Origin: Camelus ferus | Taxonomy: Eukaryota | Length of the DNA: 64,000 nt | Direction of reading: 5' to 3' | Assembly (NCBI RefSeq): GCF_009834535.1 | Contig: NC_045696.1 | Location: forward strand, 9,922,001 to 9,986,000 | In this document: positions 26,836-40,160 of the stretch, piece by piece | Layout of the letters: every line of letters starts with the position of its first letter | Position numbering within the stretch: position 1 is the stretch's first letter | The notes under the pieces: model-generated | The model's input: the letters and a program-made list of their open reading frames with translations, nothing else | Databases searched by the model: none | Told to the model about the DNA's origin: nothing | Made by a program: the position numbers and the translations under genes

Positions 26836-27480
26836 TTCATACATGCTGATGGGAATACAAAATGGTGCAGCCACTGTGAAAAACAGTTTGGCACTTTCTT
26901 GACAAGTTAAATGTAGAGTGACCATAATACCCCACAGTTCCACTCCTGGGTATGCACCTCAAAGAACTCAAAAGCAGGTATTCCAGTAAAAAACTTATAT
27001 AAGAACATTCATGGTCAGCACTATTCTCAATAGCCAAAAGGTGGAAACAACCCAAAGGCCCATCAGTGAATGGATAGATTAAAATGTAGTCTATGTATAC
27101 AATGGAATATTACCCAGCCATTAAAAGGAATGAAGCACTGACTCCTGCCGCCACCAAGTGGATGAACCTTGGAAACATTAGGCTACGTGAAAGAAGCTGG
27201 ACACAGAGGCCACGTGTTACATGATTCCATTCAAAGGAAATGTCCAAATAGGTAAATCTGTAGATATAGAAAGCAGATTTGTGGTTGCCAGGGGCAGGGG
27301 GTTGAGGGTGGACCGAAATGGTGAGTCACCGCTTGATGGGTGCAGGGCTTCTGTTTGAGATGATGAAAATTTCTGGAGCTAGAATTTACTGAATGCCACT
27401 AAATTGTACACTTTGAAATGGTTAAAATGATAACGTTTATGTTATGTGTATTTTACCACAACAAGAAGGTAAAAAAGGAA
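26836..27480 (+). mobile_element. L1MB-type 3' end
   Basis: cttcatacatgctgatgggaatacaaaatggtgcagccactgtgaaaaac...tggttgccagggg...gttatgtgtattttaccacaac. Confidence 0.9.
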
Positions 27481-27624
27481 ATTGAAAAAACAAATGTTAT
27501 CCAGTAATTTTTCCAGTTCACAAAATTTGATTTGTTGAAAAGAAACTTGATCCACAACAGATGAAATGCTAAGAGTCAAGCTTTTAGTCATTCTGTGATG
27601 TCAGATTTACTTTATCTGGAAACA

Positions 27625-27835
27625 GCATCACATTTGCAGAGGGCTTGCTGGGTCCCAGGCCTCAGATTTCCTCTCATCCTCACAGCCACACTGAGAGAGA
27701 GATACGGGCCGTGGTTATTTCCTTCTGGCAGGAGAAGAAACTGAGGCTCGTGAGGACAAGGGGTGGTGATTTGCTGAAGGTCGCACAGCCTCAGGGGTAG
27801 CAGTCCCTAGACTCTGGGTCCAGTGCTCCTTCGCC
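27625..27835 (-). mobile_element. MIR SINE (degenerate)
   Basis: gaagaaactgaggctc...gtgatttgctgaaggtcgcacagc. Confidence 0.7.
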
Positions 27836-28163
27836 ATCAATCTCCTGGGCATCTCAGGCTCGAACCTCAGAACCTTCCAGAGAACCCCCTCACCATTCAG
27901 GAAACTCCACAGCAGGTGGCCTGAGCTCAGTAGTGACATCACAGAAGCTTGTGTTACCCTCTCCCAGTCTGCCCATGGGAGGCAGCCAGCCTGCCCAACG
28001 GCAGTCAGGTAGCGGTGAGGAAATAAAGTACACCTCACGATCCTAAAACCAATAAAGGGATTTTTTTTCTTTTTTTTCTTCCCCAAGATCAGTCACCTGG
28101 CCATGTCCTTTTAAAAAAATATCTCAAGAACCTGGGCAGTCTTTGATTAAACCTTGTGACACC

Positions 28164-28627
28164 TGTGTGTGCAAGGGAAGAGGACAGAACTGTGTCACCC
28201 AGAAAGATTCAGTCACATCCTGACTCCGGTACGACTGTGACCTTATTTGGAAATAAGGTCTTTGAAGATGTGATCAGATTAAGATGAGATCACACTGCAC
28301 TAGAGTGGGCCCTAATCTAACAACTGGTGTCCTTATAAGAAGAAAGAAACTTGGACAAAGAGACACAGGGAAGAAGGCACATGAAGACAGAAGCTGAGAT
28401 TGGAGTGATGCTACCGTGAACCGAAGGATGTCAAAACTTGCCGGCAGCCATCAGAAGCCAAAGGGAAGGCAAAGAAGGATCCTCCTCAGAGCCATTGTCA
28501 GGAGCACAGTCCTGCTGACCCCTTGATTTCAGACTTACACCCTCTAGAACTGAGGGAGAACAGATATTAAAGCCACCCAGTCTGTGGTTGCAGCAATGTG
28601 CTACAACAGCCTCGAGAAATTAACATA
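28164..28627 (+). mobile_element. MaLR solo LTR (MLT1C-like)
   Basis: tgtgaccttatttggaaataaggtcttt...gagattggagtgatg...ccttgatttcagactt...gaaattaaca. Confidence 0.85.
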
Positions 28628-28894
28628 GCAAGGAAAACACAATTGGACATCAGTTGTGTGACATGGCCCCATCCAATGGATGTGCCCATCGTGGTTCACT
28701 CTGATTCCAGCCATCCACAAGATGCTGAGCTGGCCTGGGTGCAGGAGGCGAGCCGTCCTGGCTCGCTGGGCCCCTGGACGTGGTTGCTCACGGAATTGAA
28801 ATTATCTTGGTGCCCTGGACTCACAGGGGTAGTTACTGACCCTTGACAGGCCCTGCCCAGCATCTCATTCTTCTCTTTCTTCCCTCCCTCCCTC

Positions 28895-29145
28895 ACCCAC
28901 TCCCTAGGCCAAGAAAGCAACCACAGACAATATATCAACGAATGAGCAGAGCAGAGTTCCCATAAAACTTTATTTGTGAACACTGAAATTTGAACTTCAT
29001 ACCATTTTCATGTGTCATGAAATGTTATTCTTTTAAAATTTTTCTCAAACGTTCAAAAAGGTAAAAACCATCTTAGCTTAGCATTGGTACAAAAAGAGGC
29101 AGCAGGCTAGAGTTGGCCTGTGGGTGGTAGTTTACTGACCCCTGA
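28895..29145. mobile_element. MER58B-like hAT-Charlie element
   Basis: taaaactttatttgtgaacactgaaatttgaacttcat...tggcctgtgggtggtagtttactgacccctg. Confidence 0.85.
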
Positions 29146-29179
29146 CAATTTCACTGGGTCCCCGGGGCTAAAAATGCTA

Positions 29180-30870
29180 GATGTGTATGATGACCCACAA
29201 ATCAAATTCCTGTCTTTAGCCCAGCCTTCTCTCTGAGCTTCAGATGCCTCGATCCATGTCCACTTGGATGTCTAATGTGTATTAGAATGTCCAGATTTAG
29301 ACATTCCAAACACAACTTTCCATTTCCTTCCCCACTTGAAAGCTATTCCACCCCTCTGGTCCCCATCTCAGTTAACGGGGTTACCATTCCCTGTCAGGCC
29401 AAAAGTCCGTAATCATCCTTGACTCTTTTCTTTTTCTCAAACTCCATATCCGATCCATCTGCAAAATCTGTCCACTCTACCTTCACAGTACACCCAGATC
29501 GCACAACTTCTCCCTACCTCCTCGGCTCTCACCCCCATCCAAGCTACCAGTGCCTCCCAGTCCATCTCCAGGTCTCCTGCCATCTATCCTCCACAAGGCG
29601 GCCAATGGGATCCTTCTGAGTCCAAGAATACTGTTTCCCCACCCTTAGTCCTACCTCTAATCTTCTGAATGCTCCCTGCTGACATTAGACTAAAATCCAA
29701 CACCTGCAAATCAAAACCACAATGAGATACCACCCCATGCCAATTACAATGGCTACTAACAACAACAACAACAAAAATCAGGAAATAACAACTGTTGGAG
29801 AGCATGTGGAGAAACTGGAACTTTTGTGCATTGTTGATGGGAAGGTAAAATGATGCAGTAACTATGGAAAACAGTATGGTGATTACTCTAAAAAAATTAA
29901 ATACAGAATCACCATATGATCCAGCATTTCTACTTCTGGGTACACATCCAAAAGATTTGAAAGCAGAGTCTGGAAGAGATATTTGTACACCCATGTTCAT
30001 AACAGCATTATTCACAATATCCAAGAGATGGAACCAATCTAAGTGTCCAGCAATGCATGAAGGGAGAAGCAAAATGTGATGTATATACACAACGGAATAT
30101 TATTCAGACTCAGAAAGGAAGGAAATTCTGACACATGCTACAACATGGATAAACCTTGAGGACATTATGCTCAGTGAAAGAAGCCAGAAACAAAAGAGCA
30201 AATTCTGCACAATTCCAGCTGTAAGAGGTACCTGGAGGAGGCAAATTCAATAGAGTTAGAAAATATGACGGTGGTTACCAGGGGCTGGGAGAAGAGGGAG
30301 TGGCGTTGTTAATTAATGGGTACAGATACTTAGTTTTATAGGAGAAAAAGTTCTGGAGATTGGTTGCATAGATGTGAGTGTACTTAACACTACTGAACTG
30401 TACACTTAAAAACAGTTAAGAGGGTAAATGTTATGTTATGTGTGTTTTAACCACATTTTTAAAAAACTCCTTCTATGTTCTCTGCACCTACGTGATCTGG
30501 CCCAGCCCCCTTCTCTGAACTCGTTACCCACAACCTTCCCCTTCCTCCTCAGCTCTAGCCATTCTGGCCTTCCAGTTGACATTCTTCCTTCCACCTGGAA
30601 TGTTCTTCCTGCAGACGTTCTCGGAACGTACCCTCCCAACCCCGCAGGCCTCTGCTTGGGGAGACCTCCCCTAAGGACCCTCTCCCAGATGGTGGCCTCC
30701 CGCACTGCATTTCCCGCTGTGGCACTTCCCAGTGTCCCCAGTGCAATTCTTTGCTTGTTTATTGCTTCTGTCTTCCTTGTTTGGGCAGAGGCTTTTCCTG
30801 CTTTCTCACCACTCTGTCTTCAGCTTTTGGCATGTAGTAGGTGCTCACTAAATAGTGATTTGAGAGAATT
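29180..30870 (+). mobile_element. L2 element split by an L1 insertion (L2 parts ~29180-29700 and ~30470-30870)
   Basis: tccacttggatgtctaat...catccttgactc before the L1; gatctggccc...gtagtaggtgctcactaaatag after it. Confidence 0.75.
29705..30465 (+). mobile_element. L1MA/MB-type 3' end with ORF2 C-terminal remnant
   Basis: tgcaaatcaaaaccacaatgagatacca; ORF 29864-30079 ([17 protein letters not shown]...[17 protein letters not shown]). Confidence 0.92.
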
Positions 30871-31169
30871 ACTGTGAGCCCTGCAATGCAGCCTCACATC
30901 CGAAGAGAAGGGCAGGGGGCCCCAAGGGACCCACAATACCCTGCTACTCATCCATAACTCCAATTTCTCCCCTGGACAATGCAATTCCTTCAGATACTGA
31001 GATGGTAAATAATGGAATCCTGTATGTGAAATACTGTGTGCTCTTAGAGAAAACAATTATGAAATGCGTAAATGAGTGGCACAGAGCAATCCTCATTGTT
31101 CATAGAATAAAGATCTTTGTGTTGGTGTGATTTAAAAATCTAAACATAAGCTACATTTCCATTTTCTCC

Positions 31170-31345
31170 AGCCACAAGTGAGGCTGCTGGTCTGGAGTGA
31201 GGACACCTGGACTCTAGTGCTGGTGCAACCTGTTACCTGCTTGGTAACCTTGGCCAGTCACTTTCCCTCTCTGGGCCTCAGTTTCCTTTCTGGTCCTGTG
31301 AAAGGATTAAGCTGGCATTCCATGAGGTCCTTTCTACTTGAAGAT
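31170..31345 (+). mobile_element. MIR SINE
   Basis: accttggccagtcactttccctctctgggcctcagtttcc. Confidence 0.8.
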
Positions 31346-32087
31346 TCAAGCATCTTTGAAAAGTTGTAGTTCATTCTCCCTTCAAGATGGTTGAGATTTT
31401 AAGTTCATCTCAAATTACGAATTAATCAGATTCCTTTTTTAGGCTTCTATCAGTTGGCAATGCAATAACAGTAGAAAAACAATTTTACCCAGGAGTAAAA
31501 CCACAATGATTCATGACTTGTTAAACCTAAATGTAATGGGGGAGGGGAGGAAATACAGAAGAAAAAAGAAATTTACTGGTTCTTGGAATATGAAGGCGTT
31601 TCAGCTCAAAACTGCATTATTCACAGTCTCATCATTTATCGTGACAAGCCGCTGTGTTTTTCATGAGGGTGTAAGGTGTAATTCCTCAGATATTCAGATG
31701 ATATTACAATGGTAGAGTCCCATCCTGCCAACAAAAATGGAATAAACTTCATTTTTAGGGAGGCTAAGCTGAGTCTCAAAGGAAGGGTGCGGAGGGTGGC
31801 TCTGTTCTGGGAGCAGTCCCGGCGATGGGACATAGAGTGTCTGGGACCAGGAGGTGGGGTGCTTTGGGCGCGCGGGCCCTTCCCCAGAAGCTGGCAGCTG
31901 ACTCACAGTCCACTGAGGTGAAACAGGAAGCGGGTGGGCAGGCCAGCACCACAAGCTTGGAGGCTGGGAGGACGGCAACGGGGACTTTCAGAGCTGTAGG
32001 AAATTTACCAAGTGGAACCTGGGGACTCCAAAGAGTTCATGTGCTCTCCCCAACAAGAGCCCGAAGGCACTTAGGCTAAAAATAGAA

Positions 32088-32152
32088 GAGTGAGTGAGTG
32101 TGAGTGAGTGAGTGTGTGTGTGTGGGGGGTGTGTGTTGTGTGTGTGTGTGTG
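32088..32152. repeat. Compound (GAGT)n/(TG)n microsatellite
   Basis: Seen directly. Confidence 0.95.
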
Positions 32153-32899
32153 GCAGTTTCTGGTAATGTATAAAGCAGGTTCTGTGCCTCTCCCCACTCA
32201 CATCCTCCCACCTCCACCCCCAGATCCCTTCCTGGGTTCTCACATGTCTGGGCATGTCTGGCAAAACATGAGGAAAACCACCCAGAAGCTAAGCTGTGTG
32301 CACAAAGCAGCTCAGGTGAGCACCTGGAAAGACGGGAAAGTTAGGCTGATAAGCTTGGCTGCTGTCTAAAACAAATAAATAACCACTATCATCAAAGGGG
32401 AGGGGCCATCCTTTTTCCAGTCTGCTCTGATCCCTGTGACCAGAATTTTTCCCCATGGGATACAGCCAGAGAAACTACACGTGAAAATGGAAGGAGTTGT
32501 TTTCACTCAAAATATTAGAAACTAAACTGAGCAGCTGAGGGGCCCACCACATCCACCACCACTGCCACCCTACCTGTCACTGTTGCACAGAAAGCTGTGT
32601 GGCTTCAGTTTTCTGAGAACTTCAGGGGATGCAGAATCACTCTGGTCCTCTAAGGGTCCCTTAGGGATTTGGCATAATAAGCAAGAGTGGCTTTGATTGT
32701 CTGAGGGAGTGGCAATATCCTGCAGGAAGCAACTTTCATTGAAGGCAAAAATGAGGTGATTTCACACAGCTCTGTAGATGATGGAGGATTCTCCTTGAGC
32801 ATGACTGAGAGCTACCAGGGCAGGAGAGGGAAACCATGGCAGATCACTGGGGAATCATGAAAAGGTTATATTCATGATCCTATGTGGTGTGCCCTTTGG

Positions 32900-33850
32900 G
32901 TATGCCCAGAAAACACTGGAGTTGGTCATATTCAAAGATAGCCACACATACAAGAAAACATCACACTATGAGTGAGAGCCAACAGGCAAAAGAAACACAA
33001 AGCATTCAGATATTTGAACTATAACGACTAAAACACAGACTAAAACAATTCTGTCAAAGAAATAATCAACGAGTTTTAAAATTTTAGCAAGGAAATGGAA
33101 ACTATAAAAAAAAAGGGTCTTGATTGATGTAAAAAAGAACTTCTAAATGTGAAAAATACGTTAGCTAAAATTAAAGACCCAGTGGATTATTTCAACCACT
33201 CTGTAGACAAGTTGAAGAGAGAATTTGTATACCAAAACTAAAGCAGAAGAAACTATCAAGAGTATAGTATGGGAAGAAAAATGGTTAAAAAGACAGAAGA
33301 GAGGGTAGTAGGGTATACAATGAGTAGACCCAGTAAGCATTTAATGCAAGTATCAGATGGAGTAAAGAGAGGGAAAGGCACAGGAAAAGTATCTTCAAAT
33401 ATATGATGATGGATGATTATCCAGACCTGAGGAGGGACATTCATCTGCAAAATCAAGACCAGTGAATCCCAAGCAAGACAATGAAAAAGACATTCTTATT
33501 TTCAGTAAAGAGAAAGAGATAGAAAGAAAATCTTAAAGCAGCCTGAGGGAAAAAAAAGACATTGCCTTTAAGGAAGCCATAGATAGTCAACTGACTGCTC
33601 AAAAGCCACAGTGAGAGCCAGAAGACGATGAAATGATATCTTCAATTTGCCAAAAGAAAAACCTAGATCCCCTATCCATGGAAAATATCCTTCAAGAATA
33701 AAGGTGAACTACAGACATTTGCGGACAAGAAAAAAATACAAAACCCCAAGAGCATTCAGTACCAGCAGATCAGCATCCAAAAGGAAAAGGAAAGTAACCC
33801 CAGATGGAAGGTTAGAAGTACAAGAAGGAACGAGAATTAAAGAATGATGA
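32900..33850 (+). mobile_element. Ancient L1M ORF1-region fragment
   Basis: A-rich ORF1-like sequence (gaagagagaatt; aaaatcttaaagcagcc; gagagccagaagacgatgaaatgatatcttcaa; ctatccatggaaaatatccttcaagaataaaggtgaa). Confidence 0.75.
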
Positions 33851-34507
33851 ACACTTCATGTGAAAAAGTGACCAGATTTTCATCAAATCAGAAATATATT
33901 TGGAATGACCTAAGCTTAAGTCTCATGGCATGTGGGCCATTCACTTTGAGGATACTTGGGCAGACCTCAAAGAAGTCAGGCTAGCAGCCATCCGCCAGGG
34001 CACCTGAAGCTGAATCAGTGGGGCTCACCTGAAAACTAATCAGGAGAAGCAAGCCATGTCTAGGAAGATTCCAATAAAGAAAACTGGGTCTCCCCATATG
34101 AGCCGGAAATAGAAAGTCACAAGGACACTTGTTTGCAACAACGCTGATTCACTCAGGACGCTCTCTAGCGGGCCCCAGGGTGAGAAACCTCGGGGTTTCA
34201 TTGAACATGGGTTAATGATCACCCAGTATCTCCAGTAATCAATGAAGAAAACTACACACAGAGTGGGAGAAAAATCTGTAAGGTCGTGCAAGTTGGAGAT
34301 GACAGTGGCTTAGAGCGGGGTGATGGCCGTGCAGGTGGAATGGGGTGAGTATCTATATTTTGGAGGGAAATATAGCTCATCTACAAACGGACCGGATTGG
34401 AAGTCTGGGGTGGAGGTCAAGGATTACTCAAAAAATCTAACTTGAGAGACTTGGAGTTCCTTTGACTGATATGAAAAAGACAGAAAAGTGCACTTTTAAA
34501 AATCTGT

Positions 34508-34706
34508 CCAACAATTCCAGTCCTGGGCACATATCCATAGGGAACTCTAATTCGAAAAGATACATGCACCCCAATGTTCATAGCAGCACAATTTATAGTA
34601 GCCAAGACATGGAAACAACATAAATGGCCATCAACAGATGACTGGATAAAAAAGTTGTGATACATATATTTTAAAAAGTTGTGAGATAGATATAGATATA
34701 GATAGG

Positions 34707-34764
<58 letters not shown>

Positions 34765-35270
34765 TACACATACACAATGGAATACTACTCAGCCATTAAA
34801 AAGAATAAAATAATGCCATTTGCAGCAACATGGATGGATCTGGAGATTGTCATTCTAAGTGAAGCAAGCCAGAAAGAGGAAGAAAAATACCACATGATAT
34901 CACTCATTTGTGGAATCTTAAAATAAATTTAAAAGACACAAATGAGCTTATTTACAAAACAGAAATAGCCTCACAGACATAGAAAACAAACTTATGGTAA
35001 CCAGGGGGGGAAATGGGTAGGAAGAGATAAATTGGGAGTTCAAAATTTGCAGATATTAACTACTGTACATAAAATAGGTAAATAACAAGTTTCTTCTGTA
35101 TAGCACAGGGAATTACATTCAATATCTTGTAGTAACACACAATGAAAAAGAATATGAAAATGAATATATGTATGTATATGTATGACTGAAAACATTATGT
35201 TGTACACTAGAAATTGACACAACATTGTAAACTACTATACTTCAATTTTTAAAATTCAGAGGAAGAAAAA
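34508..35270 (+). mobile_element. Artiodactyl-type L1 3' end (5'-truncated)
   Basis: caattccagtcctgggcacatatcc...ccaatgttcatagcagcac...ctgtatagcacagggaattacattcaatatcttg...attgacacaacattgtaaact. Confidence 0.92.
34684..34764. repeat. (GATA)n tetranucleotide STR, 14 perfect units at 34709-34764
   Basis: Counted directly; lies inside the L1 3' end. Confidence 0.98.
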
Positions 35271-36878
35271 AGGGGGAGGGGAATTGGGGGACAGGAGTGA
35301 GGAGAATGCAGATTCAAAATTCCAATTTTAGACTTTTTAATTGATAACATATGTGAGACTTCCAGATAAAGATACCACATCTGGGTAGTTGGAGCCCAGA
35401 GGAGGGGTTTAGGCTATAGACATAAATATTAGCTTTATTAGCACATTATAGATGGTATTTAAAGCCATGGATATGGATGAAAATCATCTAACAAAAACGT
35501 GTATAATTTTAAAATATAGATAATTTTTAAAGAAAACAGAAATCACTCATAATCTATGAACAGAGGTCATCATTTATAATTAGGTAGTTAGACCTTCTAG
35601 AATTTTAGTTATCCACATATAAGTATATGTATCACACGGGAGGACAGTGTTACTGAAGTAACAAACAATGGTCTTATTCACAATTTCCCCATATCCTTGG
35701 TCTTGTCTTCTTTCCTCCAACCTAGAGGTAGCAGCCAAGCCATCTGATGCCACTGCCTCAGCAAAGGCATGTGATAACAGAATAGCTTCTCGTTTTTGAG
35801 TTTCCAAGGGACATGGAAAGGACCAAGATCAGCCCCAGGTGACAGACTGGAAAAAGCACCCTGGTGAACACGTGTTCCAGTCTAGATAAAGTTCCCTTGG
35901 AATCGGGGGAGAGAGAGGACCAAAAGGAGGCAATGGGTCTCAGGTGCTGGTGGGTCCCAATGAGCAGGCCCTCCATTCTCTCCCCAGGCCAAATGCTGGA
36001 CCAGTCTCCATGTGGAATCTGATAGCAGCGGTGTCCTGGGCCTCTTTGCTCAGGTAACATCCAATAAGCAGGGCCAAGGCTCCAGAGTAGGAAAAATTGC
36101 CAAGTGAAGGGACTTTGACCCCCACTGTGGGGCAGAAGCAGCAGCAGGTGACTATGCACCCAAGTGCAGACAGAAAACACACAGCCAACGGACTGCACAG
36201 AGCTTCCGGCAGGGGAGGGACCCTTAGCAACCTGTGTGGACTAATGACCATGGACAACTCCATGGACATCAGCAAGGACCAGAGGGACCTCCAAGCATAT
36301 CTTGGCATATCAGAGCCCTTTGGAACATATACAACCAAGGGAAAATATGGAAACCCTAAGATGACATGGCAACATGGGGGCTCAAGATAGGAGTTAAATT
36401 CAGCTAAGGAAGAATCTTTTAAAGTTATACTTCCTGTGATGTATCAATAAATTATTGGAAGTTGTCTTTGCAGAGAGGTTGGAGATTCTGCAAGAGCAGG
36501 CAGAGGCAAATGTGGAAGAAGCACCATCTATTACCGTTCACCCCCTAGCCTTGAGCCTCCCAGGGCAGCAGGGCTTGGGAAACGAGGAAGGGAGGGCGGG
36601 GAGAGAGTAAAGACAGAGGGGGTGCTCTCCCCAGGACCTGGGACACAGTGAGCCTGGAGAGAATGCCAGTCATGCCCACTTCATTCATCACTGGCACAGT
36701 GCCTCACTCAATATTAAGGATCTAATAAACATTTGTGGAATGACAGAATGGTAGGAACACAATAAATATTTGTTAAATAAACACACATATTATGTATGTG
36801 AGATATAGAGTTTACAGAAGCAACGTAATATTGTTCAGGAACAAAACAGAAGAAAACATTTTCAATTCATCTAAATCT

Positions 36879-37440
36879 AGCAGCACTATTTACAATAGCC
36901 AAGACATGGAAACAGCCTAAATGTCCATCAACGGAAGACTGGATAAAGAAGATGTGGTATATTTATACAATGGAATACTACTCAGCCATAAAAACCGACA
37001 ACATAACGCCATTTGCAGCAACATGGATGCTTCTGGATAATGTCATTCTAAGTGAAGTAAGCCTGAAAGAGAAAGAGAAATACCATATGAGATCGCTTAT
37101 ATGTGGAATTTAAAACAAAAACAAAAACAAAAAAGCATAAATACAAAACAGAAATAGACTCATAGACATAGAATACAAACTTGTGGTTGCCAAGGGGGTG
37201 GAGGGTGGGAAGGGATAGAAGGGATTTCAAACTTGTAGAATAGATAAACAAGATTATACTGTATAGCACAGGGAAATATACACAAGATCTTATGGTAGCT
37301 CACAGAGAAAAAAATGTGACAGTGAATATATATATGTTCATGTATGACTGAAAAATTGTGCTCTACACTGGAATTTGACACAACATTGTACAATGATTAT
37401 AAATCAATAAAAAATTTAAAATAAATAAATAACAAAAAAA
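36879..37440 (+). mobile_element. Young lineage-specific L1, 5'-truncated, with poly(A) and TSD
   Basis: ORF2 C-terminus plus 3'UTR and A-tail; exact 15-bp TSD aattcatctaaatct at 36864-36878 and 37441-37455. Confidence 0.95.
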
Positions 37441-38499
37441 AATTCATCTAAATCTTACCATCCATGAAATCATCCTGTCGTTGATCTGGATAAAGGTGGA
37501 ATCGGAACATCTAGCCATTACTTCTTTCCCTGAAAGTTTTCCTTCTCTTGCAATAAAGCTTTTGCAATTACAATCATTAACCTCCTAGAGGCAGGAGTCT
37601 CATGCTGATGTCCCCACTGTCACTGTGAAGGGCTGGATCTGGCTCACTCCATCAGCGCCTGTGCAGTGGGACCACAGCCTCCTGCCCCAGTGGTCCTGAG
37701 GGCAGAGGCAGCCTGTGGCCGAAGCTGCCCTAGCCTGACCAGTGGATGGACCTTGTTCTGGTCCTGAAACTGGCACCACACCCCCGTCAGCAGTCCAGGC
37801 TTCTGCTCCGCGTCTGAGCGGGTGATCTTGGAGATACCTTTCAGCTTAAATGTTTGATGATTCTGAGCTTCTTTGATTAAAGTAGCTGATTGTCACATGG
37901 GACTGTTTCCAAATGCACGCGTCAGCACTGAAGCTGACACATAAAGAAGTCCGGGATCTCCCCAGGACGGGCAACCCGGGCATGAGGAAAGTTCTCCTGC
38001 CTGGCCAATGTCCCCACCCCCTGGACCTTCCAAAAAAGAGGAGAAACTCCTGCTGTGAGACAGAGGGCGCGAGGTGGGGTGCAGCCAGTACATGACCTTC
38101 CCTCTGCCCAGGAGCAGCACCTCCTCCCTCCTCTGGTGGCTCCAGCTCCCACAGATCAGGCCACCATGGCTCCAACTTCAAGGGTGACCCCAACCCCCGG
38201 AGCCAGCAACTTTACCTCCTCCCTTTGTCCCTGCCGCCAAGGGGTGGTCATGGCACATTGCTGTTGTTAACCTTTGAGTTGTCTGACTGTTCCCTATTTG
38301 ACTTCTCATCGCCCCTCCCCCCAATTCCCTGTATTATGTTTATTCCCATCTTAAGTACTTAGAAGGTCTTCTATTTGCCCAGTCGGACCTTGACAGACAC
38401 AAGGGCTGTGCAGCTACTGGAAAATGCAGGCCAGACACAGCCACTCTCCCCCAAGCCCCCTCTGGACAGGTGACAGGGTGATTGTGGGAGGCCTTACAA

Positions 38500-38597
38500 A
38501 GGGTGACCAACTCATCGCAATCTGCCCAGTTTTAGTTGCAAATCCCACAGCCCAGGAAATGCCTCAGTCCTGAGCAAACTGGGGTGGTAGTCACCCT
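38500..38597. mobile_element. MER81/MER94-like hAT-Blackjack MITE
   Basis: Terminal inverted repeats agggtgacca / tagtcaccct around ~100 bp. Confidence 0.75.
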
Positions 38598-39518
38598 CTA
38601 CCTCAGCAAGATGCTTCTGAGGAACATCAAATGCCATCTTTGGAGTGAAGAAATCCAGAAGAGAGGTGAGAAGCAGGCTAGCTCCTGGTTCTTGGGGTGA
38701 CGCACAGAGCCCTGGCCTCGGGCTGTGTTGTGTGGCTCTGAGAAGCCACTCAGGCCCTCCTGGCCCAGTTCCTGTGAAGTGGAGAGTAAGACCTCTGCAG
38801 TTACATCTCAGCCACCCACTGAGTTAACAAGAGAGTCGAAGGAGGGACAGCTGGGAAAGCACGTGCAGGGAGGACGAGCCACACGGGGCGGATGTGATCT
38901 CACCTCGTCTTGCTTTCTTACCGGAAAAGCATCAGCTGGTCTCGGGCAATTAAACAGTGAAGATTGTATCAAGCCCCTGTGATACGAATTCACAGGTGCA
39001 TCAGGCAGGCGCTTAACTGTAATTCCTCACCTCGTGACTGGACTTTGAGGACCTGTGACTTCCCCTACGAGAGCCCCTCCCCAACCCTTGCTCCCTCTCT
39101 TCGCTTCCCCTGCCAGGAGTTACCTGCAGAGACCGTGGGCCTCCTGGCTGCTCCCGTGGAATTCCCAACACACCTCCATGTCTGAGCACTGGCCGCTCTC
39201 CCCCAGAGGCTGGAGGATGGTGACAATTCCAGGGAAGTGGCTGCACCCACTGGCCCCGAGCCTCGTGCCCTAAGGATGCTGGGAGGCAATCTCATTCCCC
39301 AGGATAATGAAACTTCATGGGGAAGAGGGATTAGATGGAGATTAACAGCCTACTGGGCACCTGACCACACTGCCTTCTTGAAAACAAAGGATGTTTGTGT
39401 GTCTTCTTTTCCCGTGTAATAACATCATAACTGCCTGGTGAACAGACGGATCAAGAAAGAGAAAGGAGATATTTGTTGCTGTGGCTAAAGCTGGGGTCCC
39501 AAATGCAATAGGACTCTT

Positions 39519-39683
39519 TTTTTTATTTATTTATGTTTATTTATTTTTTAATTAATTTTTTGGGTTTTGGGGGGAGGGAGTAATTGGATTTATTCATCTA
39601 TTTATTTAATGGAGGTACTGGGGCTTCAAATCAGGACCTCGTGCATGCTAGGCATGTGCTCTACCACTGAGCTATACCCTCCT
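39519..39683 (-). mobile_element. tRNA-Ala-derived SINE (camelid Vic-1 type), long form
   Basis: Reverse complement reads ggagggtatagctcagtggtagagcacatgcctagcatgcacgaggtcctg...cccagtacctccattaaataaata plus an A-rich tail. TSD caaatgcaataggactctt (39500-39518) / caaatgcattaagactctt (39684-39702). Confidence 0.9.
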
Positions 39684-40160
39684 CAAATGCATTAAGACTC
39701 TTGATGGGGTCTTGAGCCCAACACCTCCCAGCATTATGGGCCAGTTACTGTCAAATCTCTAAGCAATAAAAATAATAATCTTCCCACTTAGGCAACGTGA
39801 ATCCACATGACACTCAAGCAAGGTCAGAGAGCTTTGCCTTCCCTGGTCACGAGCCCCTGGGTCCCTTTCTTGAAGCATCTTCCACCTTCCTCCGAGCCTT
39901 GCTCCTGGAGTCATTCTATAGCCAAGACCACTGGTACCTGTAGCCAGCTCAACCCTTGAACAAGCTCCAGCCCACATCAGCCCTGGCTCTGTCATTCTTT
40001 ATTGTGTCCATCGGGATAGAGACTGGCCAATGGGAGGTCAGCTCCTCCCTCTTCTAGACTCAGGGACACTTATTAAATTCCATTATGTACATTTTCACAA
40101 ATATTCCTCTTTTCATTTCTGTGTCCTTTAGGATAGGAATTACTATCTTTACTTAATGAG

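Larger units (their letters stand above)
34270..35500 (-). mobile_element. L2 fragment interrupted by a younger L1 (L2 parts ~34270-34490 and ~35280-35500)
   Basis: gagatgacagtggcttag...gtcaaggattactc and ggagcccagaggaggggtttaggctatagacataaat...gatggtatttaaagccatgg. Confidence 0.65.

Noticed and set aside
21025..28627. Four MLT1 LTRs as ends of a provirus
   Set aside because: They are different subfamilies or orientations with no internal ERV sequence, so they are independent solo LTRs.
36560..36625. G-run cluster as a functional G-quadruplex
   Set aside because: Such runs are common in this GC-moderate DNA and nothing in the context supports function.
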